A stretch of 64,000 nt of DNA from Amoebidium appalachense (taxonomy: Eukaryota > Protista > Ichthyosporea), in contig CAVNZM010000004.1 of NCBI GenBank assembly GCA_963693365.1, positions 13,762,524 through 13,826,523 of the forward strand. Reading direction: 5' to 3'. A program made the translations under genes and the position numbers. Each line of letters opens with the position of its first letter. Within the stretch, counting starts at the first letter, position 1. Under the pieces are notes generated by a model that did no database searches, had not been told where the DNA came from, and worked only from the letters and a program-made list of their open reading frames with translations. Of this stretch, positions 1 to 35,407 are shown in pieces.

Positions 1-8
1 TGGCACCT

Positions 9-422
9 TGATATCGGGGTGAAGAAATAGTAATATTTCTGTAGAACAGAACTGTATGCTGGGATTTCCTAAAGCCACAAGTACTCATTTAAATTTGTCC
101 TATTCTTATCGAACCCATTTAAGTAGTGAAAATCTTGAGGATGAACAATGGACAATCAGCAGGAAACCAACGTAATTAATATACTAGTAGGATCCTCAAC
201 GACTATACGTTCTGTCTCAATATTATTATTGAGTGATAATATAGTCTGAACAAACTGGGAAACCGTTTAAAGAATATGTACATATTCTTTCTTTGTATAT
301 TATTTGTCTTCTTAAAGTTGGTGCGTGAGCAGGTACATAGTACCAAGCTAGCTTAGGCTGAGAGCCTGCGCACTAATTAGAAAAGCTACTTAAAGACAAA
401 TAGTTTACAAAGTAACTATCCG
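9..422 (+). ncRNA. Group I intron (IB-like core) at L2500, no ORF
   Basis: P1: exon CACCU pairs with GGGUG, with U.G at the splice site. P TGCTGG 57-62, Q AATCAGCAGG 154-163, R CTCAACGACTATACG 195-209, S AATATAGTC 238-246. P3 CAGAAC/GTTCTG. Terminal G422 is followed by exon CGAT, which can pair with the IGS segment ATCG (P10). Confidence 0.85.
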
Positions 423-426
423 CGAT

Positions 427-716
427 TGAAAACCCAAAGTTGAGGTTAAACAGGGTGAATTGTCAAGAAAGACTAAATAATTATTTAATTACATGTCAAC
501 TTGCAGCGAAGCCTATGGAAAAGGAATAACGTACATAGGAACGTTCAACGACTAGGATGTGAGGATTTTCTACTCTAAATTCATTTGAACTAAGAGGACC
601 AATAATCATCCCACGAGCGCCCTGCAACAATTATTATATAGATTGTTGAAGACATAGTCTGGACCACAATGAAAATTGTGGAAATAAGGATAAAGAGCCT
701 TATGATAACACATTCG
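427..716 (+). ncRNA. Group I intron (IA-like core) at L2504, no ORF
   Basis: IGS GTTGAGGT 439-446. P3 CAGGGTG 451-457 / CGCCCTG 618-624. P7 GACTA 550-554 / TAGTC 655-659, with extra sequence between P7 and P3' (IA trait). Terminal G716 precedes exon GTCGGCT. Confidence 0.85.
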
Positions 717-796
717 GTCGGCTAATCTCATCCTTCTGGTGCAGAAGCTAGAAAGGGTTCTACTGTTCGTAGATTAAAGAGGTACTTGAGCTGGGT

Positions 797-1045
797 CAAC
801 GTGAGCCCAGATATAAATGGAGAGTTTAATTTGCCATATATATATTAAAAACTTCGCTATATGCTGGAACAACCTAAAACTTTAAGTACTCTCTAAGAGT
901 GATAATCTTAAATATACAACTTTGTTATTTGGTACCTAGTCGTCACAATAACAAAGTACAACAGCTCTCGACACAGAGAGCCCTCTACACAGAGAGCTCT
1001 TTACACAGAGAGCAGGTCAATCAGCAGGAAACCAAATCTTACATG
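797..1045 (+). ncRNA. 5' half of a group I intron (IB-like) at L2584, truncated
   Basis: P1: exon CUGGGU pairs with GCCCAG (805-810). P element TATGCTGG at ~860 and Q element AATCAGCAGGAAACC at ~1019. No R/S elements follow. Confidence 0.75.
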
Positions 1046-1135
1046 TGTAACAAAGTGTCTGATAGTGATAGCAAATGTCATTCGAAGAACAATCGGGAAA
1101 CCCCGTGGTGTGACAACCAATCAGAATGAAGCAAT

Positions 1136-1513
1136 ATTGGGATATTCGGGTTGGTTGTAAGGTTTTCCGGGTCGGGCCGAAGGCCCTAACGGGCCGCAGG
1201 CCCGTCTATTGGGCCATAGGCCCTAGGCCGCGAGGCCTGGGGCCCGGGGCGCCGGGACCCGGGGGGCCCGGCCCGGCCCGCGAGCCACCCCCGGCCCGGC
1301 CCGGCCCGCGGGGGGGTTAGCAGCCGCTGCTAACCCCCCCGCGGGCCGGGCCGGGCCGGGGGTGGCTCGCGGGCCGGGCCGGGCCCCCGGGTCCCGGCGC
1401 CCCGGGCCCCAGGCCTCGCGGCCTAGGGCCTATGGCCCAATAGACGGGCCTGCGGCCCGTTGGGGCCTTCGGCCCGACCCGGAAAACCTTACAACCAACC
1501 CGAATATCCCAAT
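1136..1513. repeat. 378-bp near-perfect GC-rich palindrome (foldback/MITE-like)
   Basis: Arm 1136-1324 is the reverse complement of 1326-1513 apart from one substitution and one homopolymer indel, with a 1-nt centre (C1325). It contains internal GGCCC sub-repeats. Confidence 0.95.
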
Positions 1514-2049
1514 CGTGTCATACCAGTTCGATGAGGTCAACTTTGAAAGCCAGCAAAAGCAAGAGACGGGCTGTCCTTGTTCACACATGTATAATGCAGG
1601 GAGGGCAAACCACACTTGTGAAGATTCATGAAGTGTTTGCCCGTTCTATCAATTTTAGTTTCGCGCGGAAGGTTGTATATAAGGCAATATTTAGCCCCTC
1701 ATCTCACTGCAAGTTAACGTTTTCGCAGTAGAGTTTCGAGTCCCCGATGTTTGGTCCGAGTCAGTCTGCTTGAGGCTCCGCTTTGAAAACCGTTGGCATA
1801 CAAGTGCAGCCAGTGCTCTGACACAGTGGCGCCACATACACGTGCGACAGACTCATTCCCTTGGGTTGCCACATAAAGCTTAAGCGGCACGCAACCGCAC
1901 AAAACATCTTAGCCTTCGACCAGAGAGGTCAGGGGTGCTAGCCAAAGTTGGTGTAGCCAGGGTGTAGCTCAACACGGAAAAGATTAGGACGTCGCCGAAC
2001 AGCATTTTTTCACTCGAACTAAATTGGAGCAACCCCAAAAAACGATAGG

Positions 2050-2440
2050 ATGGGACACGGAAGCATGGCCGACAGCAAAGGAGACGTTCAAAAGGCCAGT
2101 GACGAGCACCTCAGCACTCAAATTGCAGGTATGTAATGTATATGCCATTGTCCAACCCGGCTATTAGGCTGCGAAACATTCTTAAAATCCGTACATGTGC
2201 TACACAAACAATAGTATCATGACAACAGCCTATGATCAAACTAACTAATTTTCTTTATTATGCTGTGCATTGTGTTTGCACTCCGCCAGCCCTGGGCAAA
2301 GATGCATGTAGTACCACACTATATTTAAATGTCACCGTGCTTCACAAAAAACCTCCATGCACATGTCAGTTGCTGTAAATTCGTACTCGCACGTGCAGCC
2401 GCACACGGTGACACACACGGCAAAGACATATGCATGCATG

Positions 2441-2539
<99 letters not shown>

Positions 2540-4606
2540 CGTCCAGAACGCATGCACGCACACACGCACGCAAGCACGTATACACGCACACACGCACACA
2601 CGCGCGCGCGCACGCACACACACACAAACATACATACATATGTGCAGTGCAGGCGAGCGTGCACACACCGACCCACCCATACAAACGAGTGCACGCATCC
2701 ATGCGCGCACGCACATCCTCGAACGCACGCACGCACCCAGTGGCACGCACGCACGCACACATGCACACACACATGCACGCACACATGCATGCACACACAC
2801 GCACACACGCACACGTACGGTGCAGGCTTGTGCGCATGGACTTGCGCACACACAAACAAAACATATAACCAATTTACACATGCACATACAACTGTGCACA
2901 CACGCAAGTGCACACACACACACACACACACAAACACACACACGAGCAAAAAAATAAACTTTGTGACCAGCGTAAGGCCCTGATGCACACTCACTTCATC
3001 ACACATACACACGTACACATACAGATAGTGCCACACACACATAACCACACACGCACCCAATATACGCCGACATGTACACACACACATGCGAATCATACGG
3101 GTACAGCCACACACAGAACGGAGCACATTCGCACACGCAATTTAAAACTCGCCCAGCTGTACGACAACACACACTGACATTCACAAAGCAGTTGTTTGCC
3201 CGCATGAGCATACACTCACACCCATCCTCACCCACACAGGCAGTGCAGCAGTAGCCTTTGACTCCCACCACGATAATGCCCCCGTCGACCGCTGGTGCCT
3301 CTTGGAGGTCATCTTTGTACTGCAGGGGATTGGTATGCTTCTCCCATGGAATGCATTTTTAACCATCACCAACTACTGGTCGTATAAAATGGTGGGTTCA
3401 CCCTTCTTCGGCAACTACATGAATTATTTCACCTTCGTAAGCACAACTGTGCAAACAATAGCCAGTATCATCGTTGCCCGTCTCCTGCACCGAATCGAAG
3501 TGCGCACACGTGTCCTTCTCCCCTTGGCCTTCACACTGTTGGCCTTTGTCCTGTGTCTTGCGTTTGTCTGGATCGAAAGCTTTTCGGGAACGCCGTTTTT
3601 CGTCGTTACCATCGTATTCGTGGCGCTTCTGTCTGTTTCCATGGGCCTACAGCAAACGGGCGTCTATTCAGTCTCGTCCTACTTCCCCGACGTCTACACG
3701 CAGCGTGCCCTTCAGGGGGCTGCATGGGGCGGTGTCGTCATTTCTTCCATCAACGTATTTACCATATTAGGAAGTCCCGGTACGCAAGAGGCCGCGAGTG
3801 CTTTCTTTGCTGTGTCTATTGCATTCCTGTCGATATGTGTCGTTTCTTTCATCTATCTGATTAAATCACCGGTCTTCCACCACTACTATGCTGCGGCCTC
3901 GCACAACAACGCGAACACTTCAAATTCAGAGGTCGTACCGGCTGCAATTGAAGGCGAAAAAACAATTACCGAGACGGGAAGCCAAGGCTCAGACAGCAGT
4001 TCGGATGAGAGAGAGGTGACCACCGAGCACTTCATGCACGTCTTCAAGAAAACATTCGTTTTGAACTTTTCCGTATTTTTGGGGATGTTCGTCACCTTGG
4101 CAATCTTCCCCGTTGTCCCAGTGTCTATCCAACCGACAACATCGGCGGAGGTTTCGCGGTTCTTTGGCGATCTCTGGATTCCGGTGTACGTGTTCTTGTT
4201 CTACTCGCTCACGGACACCATCGGTCGCTATGCTGGGTCATACATGCGCATTCCGTGCAAGCTGGTGCCACTCTTCTCTGTTGCCCGTTTTGTTTTCTTC
4301 CCTCTCTTCCTCATGTGCAACGGTATGTGTTACGATGCTGCCACCCAATCAATGGTCCCATCCAAACCTCCCGCCGTTTTCATGAACGATGCCTTCCCCG
4401 TACTGTTTATTATTCTGTTGGGGTTGACAAACGGTATGTGTTTTGAAGCGGTTTTCTACTATGCACCCAATATGGTTACCGGGCACGACAAGGCATTGGT
4501 CAACAGCATTGCGGCTAGTTTTGCGGTGTGTGGGCTTATGACAGGCAGCTTTGTGTCCTTTGGTGTCAAGGCTATCAACTGCCCTGGTAACCCGTTTGCT
4601 TCGTAG
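2050..4606 (+). CDS. Equilibrative nucleoside transporter (ENT/SLC29 family), 2 exons (2050-2128, 3240-4606), ~481 aa
   Basis: Family motifs PVDR..VIFVLQGIGMLLPWNAFLT, VTLAIFP, DTIGR, RFVFFPLFLMCN and LGLTNG, with about 11 hydrophobic segments. The GT..AG intron 2129-3239 joins exon 1 in frame (phase 1). Confidence 0.92.
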
Positions 4607-4902
4607 AAGAGTCTAGTGCTATTTCGAATAGAGGATTGGTGAAAGATTTGAATCAGACGTAAGCCGTAGTTTGTTTTGAAGGCAACAGCAAGCCATTGTG
4701 GTTCACTTTCAGTGTACCGGGTATATCCGGCAGCATGTTCGCAATGTGTGAAGCAGAATCTAAAAAAGACATAATCCCAGTCAAGAGCTCGGCGTAAATC
4801 TAACGTAGGCCGTTCACTTGCTGTATGGGTCTCTATGTATGCATTGGGTGCCACCTGTTGTCGTGCGCATGTGTGTGTTCCTTGATGAACTAGGGGCCGG
4901 GG

Positions 4903-4965
<63 letters not shown>

Positions 4966-5497
4966 GGACGATGTATTAGTTTGCAAGTAAATTTTGTTTT
5001 TCTTTTTTACTAAATGACTTTATTGAGATGCTCATCAGTAAATTTGTGAGTCGTGGCATGCTTGTCATGCACCTTAGAACACGAAAAAAACGGAGATTGC
5101 TTGAAAACGAGCTAACACTGAATAATGCATGAAAGAATCTTTGATAATAAAGCGTTGAAACATCAGCTGCCTCGAGTCAAGGGGGTGCGACTGACCACAC
5201 AGCCAGCTTTGGTAACCAAGGGAGAAGCTAAGCTACACACTTTTCTACGCACTGCGCAACAACACGTGTACTCGTGTGCAAGATGCAGAACTTTAGTAGA
5301 CCAAAACATTAGGCCCCATCCCCCCCCCCCCTCCCCCCCCCCCCAAAAAAAAAACAAAAACAAAAAAGAAACACCCCCCTTCCCCCCCCCCCCCCCCCCC
5401 TCCCCACTGTACACACACACGCACATTTACCCCCCCTCCCCCCCCCCCCCCCCCCCCGCCGCCAACCCCCCCCCCCCCCCCCAACATGTACACACAC

Positions 5498-5531
<34 letters not shown>

Positions 5532-5532
5532 C

Positions 5533-5565
<33 letters not shown>

Positions 5566-6008
5566 AAGAAAGAATACAAGAAAGAGAGGACTTAATGAAA
5601 GAGGACGTGTGTGAGAGAAATAAAGAAAGAAAGGAAAGAACTTCGGCAAGGGAAGAAAGAAAAAGAGGAGAAAACTGAAATACTACTTGAAAACTGACAA
5701 CCATACGTGAAACCTCAGGCCGGGAGGGGGGGGGGAAAAAGGTGTGTGTGTGTGGGGGGAGGGGGAGGGGGGTATTTAAGAGACGGACACTATAGTCAAT
5801 TTGTTCTTTTTAGTTATCCTTCCCTACCACCCATAACACAGACACAATGCGGAGCACTAGGGACGAGCCAAGCGTCAACCAGATGTGCAGCCACACAACA
5901 CACACACTGCCTAACAACTTGTCTCCATTCGATATTTGCACTTAAAATTACTCAGAATCCGGCCGGCGAGAACGGGGTGCAATGATTTGTTGGCACGGTT
6001 TTTTTTTT

Positions 6009-6047
<39 letters not shown>

Positions 6048-6519
6048 ATCCTGGGCAAGGGGGGGGGGGGGGGGAGGGGGAAGGGGGGAGTGGGGAGGAG
6101 GGGGCGAAGGAGGGGAGGGGGGAGGGGGTGGGTCAACCCATTAATTCAAATGCATTTGTGTCCCGTGGGGTTACCGTTGTTGTTGTAAAGCCGGGGGATG
6201 AGGTGAAAAAAAGGAAGGGGGAGAGAGAGAGGGGGAGAGAGAGAGAGAGATAGGGAGGTGAGGTAACGAAGCAAGAGAGGTGGGAAAGGAGGAGGGGGAG
6301 GGGGTAGTGAAGGAATGTGAGGTGGGGATACAGTAATCCTTTCATAGTTATAGGGCTTATGCATGATACGTGGTGAGTGAATATATGCCATATTGGTAGT
6401 GTGGCGTTTTTGGGGGGGTGTTGTGTGTGTGTGTGTATGTGTGTGTGTGTGTGTGCGCGCGCGCGTGCGCGCGTGTCTGGCAGGTGTGTATGTATTATGT
6501 ATATCTGTGTGTGCATGTT

Positions 6520-6552
<33 letters not shown>

Positions 6553-6750
6553 CGGGGGGAAGGGGGGGGAGGGGGGAGGGGGAATGAGGTGGGGAGGGGG
6601 GAGGGGAGGGAGGGGATAGGCACGGGCAGCAGAAACTCAGTACAGTTTACAACACTTGAGATATATGCATGCTACTAAATATTACTGCCGGCGCTTCTTT
6701 GTATGTGTGTGGTGGTGTGTTTGTCACACCTTTTTTTTTTTTTGTCACAA

Positions 6751-6795
<45 letters not shown>

Positions 6796-7045
6796 TCCCT
6801 CTTTCTCGATTATGTGTGCATGCAGGTGTGTGCATGTGTCTGTGTTGTATATTGTATTATTTCTGGGGGGAGGTAAGGATTTATGTCCATGGTTTTTTTC
6901 TTTTTTCATGTGTTGTTTATGGGGAGGTGGGGATTTGTGTCTATTTTTTTGAAGGGGGGGAGGAGGGGGGGAGATGTTACAGTATGTGGATGTGTGCGGA
7001 GAGAGTCCGTAACTTGCACCGTTTATTTTTCTGTTTTGTGCACAG

Positions 7046-7092
<47 letters not shown>

Positions 7093-7336
7093 AAAGAAGA
7101 GACGGGGGGGGAGGGAGGGGGGAGAGAAAAGGGGGGTTGGCTTCGTACACACGTTCAAAGGGAAACACGTTGAGACATCGTCACAGTTTATTTATCATAC
7201 TGGTGGAAACCATAAACTGATTCGCACAACGTTCAGTACATCTTAAGATATTCATAAGGCCAGGTTCCTAAGTCCATCTCTCCAGTCATTCGAGCTCTTA
7301 CAAAAGCTATATGTACATTTGCCTCCTCACACAAAG

Positions 7337-8317
7337 CTACGCGCATATTAGATCTACTTTTTTGGGGGGCGGGGGGTGGTTAAACCCCGACCCACCGTGG
7401 TGTGCAGCTATTTTTTGAGCTTGCTGCAGCCACGGTGCCAGGCCCGAGGGCGGCACACGGACTTCACTGAGCAGGCTGGCCATACTCTCGAACACACTCT
7501 TCGAGCCAGTCGAAGTCGTCTGAGTCGAGGAACGAGAGATCCAGCTCATCAGCGTCATCAACAAGAAGACAAGACCCATCAGAGCCTCCTGCTGCAGAGG
7601 AGATGCGAGTGCGGCAGACTCGCAAGAGTGCTCAGAAGATCCGTCCCGTGGTGACGAAACGCCGGCCCAGAGGGCGTTGAAGTCGAAAGTGGAGGGGTCG
7701 AACGCCGACAGGTCGAGGGCGAAGGTCTGCTCCACAGGTGCCTCCTCGGCGGCCACGTTGTCCTGCGCCGGGCTGCCCGGGCGCGAAGGAGTAGACACGC
7801 CGCTGTCGCACGTGGACGCCGGGGACGACACGACCATGCTCTCATAGTCTGTGTCCGCAGAGCTAAGCGACAGCGGCGACTGGTTTTCGCTGGGGAACGT
7901 GTCCAGCGCGTCCTCCCAGGTTTCCGAGTCGTCACTGGTAAACGTGGTGTCTGAGATGGGGGAAAGGGGATGAGGTGGCGTGGGAGCGTCAAAGGCGTCG
8001 GGTTCAATGCCCAGCGACTTCTTAATCGTTGAGATCTCTGCCATCAGCTGTGCATTTTGCTGCTCTAGCCTGGCAGCAGTCTCTTCTAGCTGCCGCTCGT
8101 AGTTTTTCTGCCGGTCGCGTACGCGCTGTGCTGATATTCTGTTCTGCTGCGCACGAGGAACAGCACCACGCGCTGCCCTCTTCGGGTTGTCCTTCAGTTT
8201 AACGTCGTGTGGCGCGTAGACACCGAACTGGGCAGGTGGAGAGGCGGGTATAGGCACAGGTCGGAAGAAGGGGGCCGGAGCTGGATGCGCAGGCGGCAAC
8301 CACATATATTGCGTCAT
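7337..8317 (-). CDS. XBP1: XBP1/HAC1-like bZIP transcription factor; unspliced 326 aa; IRE1-spliced form ~277 aa ending at 7464
   Basis: Basic region RAQQNRISAQRVRDRQK plus a leucine zipper. ESAAL..PLQQ matches the XBP1 splice-region peptide. A dual CNG|CNGN stem-loop is present, and there are no spliceosomal introns in the CDS. Confidence 0.88.
   Translation of the reverse strand: MTQYMWLPPAHPAPAPFFRPVPIPASPPAQFGVYAPHDVKLKDNPKRAARGAVPRAQQNRISAQRVRDRQKNYERQLEETAARLEQQNAQLMAEISTIKKSLGIEPDAFDAPTPPHPLSPISDTTFTSDDSETWEDALDTFPSENQSPLSLSSADTDYESMVVSSPASTCDSGVSTPSRPGSPAQDNVAAEEAPVEQTFALDLSAFDPSTFDFNALWAGVSSPRDGSSEHSCESAALASPLQQEALMGLVFLLMTLMSWISRSSTQTTSTGSKSVFESMASLLSEVRVPPSGLAPWLQQAQKIAAHHGGSGFNHPPPPKKVDLICA
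7595..7614 (-). other. Unconventional IRE1-type 20-nt intron
   Basis: Minus-strand hairpins UGCGAGU-[CUG|CCGC]-ACUCGCA and UCUCCU-[CUG|CAGC]-AGGAGG. Both have 7-nt loops fitting CNG|CNGN. Confidence 0.9.
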
Positions 8318-8506
8318 GGTGATCGGGAGGCGAGTGCCGTTGCTGCCATGAGCTTTATGTAGTGTAAGCGGTTACGAGTCTTTTCAGTTAGAACTTCCAG
8401 AAGTCGTCGGCTGAAGTCGTCATCGATTTCCAACTTTCAGATTGCAAGAGATGAAGTGAAAATGCCAAATGACTGCCAATAAGAGGTTTCAGGGCAGTGC
8501 CTTCTG

Positions 8507-8628
8507 TTTATATACCCGTAATATAGCTAAACAGCTTAGTGATTATTGTCCAATAAATGGTCATACGTGACGTCATGAACCGAGCAATTGGTCATTTTGT
8601 TTACGTTGTCCAATCAATCTACCCCACG
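8507..8628 (-). promoter_or_regulatory. Promoter of the XBP1-like gene: TATA box, CRE/UPRE-like site, CCAAT boxes and an exact ERSE
   Basis: TATATAAA on the minus strand at 8507-8514; CCAAT 8550-8554; TGACGTCA 8568-8575; CCAAT-CAATCTACC-CCACG 8610-8628 (read on +). The region lies in the ~740-bp divergent gap shared with the PACT gene. Confidence 0.7.
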
Positions 8629-9055
8629 TTTACATTCATACATGAAAACGTAGCGTTTTCTGATTGGCTCTCAATTAACCGGTTCGAATCAGTGAGCCAC
8701 GGGCCAGGCTGGAATCCAACAAGCCGGGTCAAGCTTATCTTGGCCCATCATCAATTTCAAAAAAAGCGCGCGAAGTTTCTTCGTCGCTGGTGCAGTGCTG
8801 AGAGAGGGTGAAGCTTGTTCCTCGAGGTCCGGACTGTTACTCTTTTGGAGCTTTGATCTTTCTGCTTATCCCTGGCCTAAAGCATAGCTACATTGTCACA
8901 ACTCTGTGGGAGTATATGGATCAATTGGACTACGGGCTTTTGCAGAGAGACTAATCCCATTTGGCACCAACAACACGCAGGCAGCCGGGAAAAGGAACTT
9001 GGGGTAAATTGGCAAACAGTGTGTGCTTGAGTAGGTGTTTGATACTGTCATTAAA

Positions 9056-35407
<26,352 letters not shown>

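Larger units (their letters stand above)
1..1045 (+). rRNA. rnl: Mitochondrial-type LSU rRNA (rnl) domain V fragment with three group I introns; NUMT or chimeric join; truncated
   Basis: Exons 1-8 (TGGCACCT), 423-426 (CGAT) and 717-796 (GTCGGCTAATCTCATCC...GAGCTGGGT) join into the conserved peptidyl-transferase region (E. coli 23S ~2493-2584). The AT-rich composition is unlike the rest of the window. The right boundary is approximate. Confidence 0.9.

Noticed and set aside
1-720. Alternative reading as a nested twintron at L2504, or L2504+L2506
   Set aside because: P1/P10 pairings and the G|CGAT| segment at 422-426 fit tandem L2500 and L2504 introns better.
9-1129. Homing endonuclease in the group I introns, including ORF 899-1129
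   Set aside because: The introns are short, no LAGLIDADG or GIY-YIG motif is visible, and ORF 899-1129 crosses the NUMT junction.
1126-1631. G/P/R-rich ORFs over the palindrome
   Set aside because: A by-product of a GC-rich inverted repeat; no domain signal.
2325-3271. Long HT/CV-repeat ORFs here and throughout the window, plus poly-P/poly-G ORFs
   Set aside because: They are translations of (CA)n/(GT)n and homopolymer tracts inside introns, open in several frames on both strands.
3302-3304. TTG start for the transporter in the ORF track
   Set aside because: An upstream ATG exon (2050-2128) splices in frame and restores the PxDR N-terminal motif.
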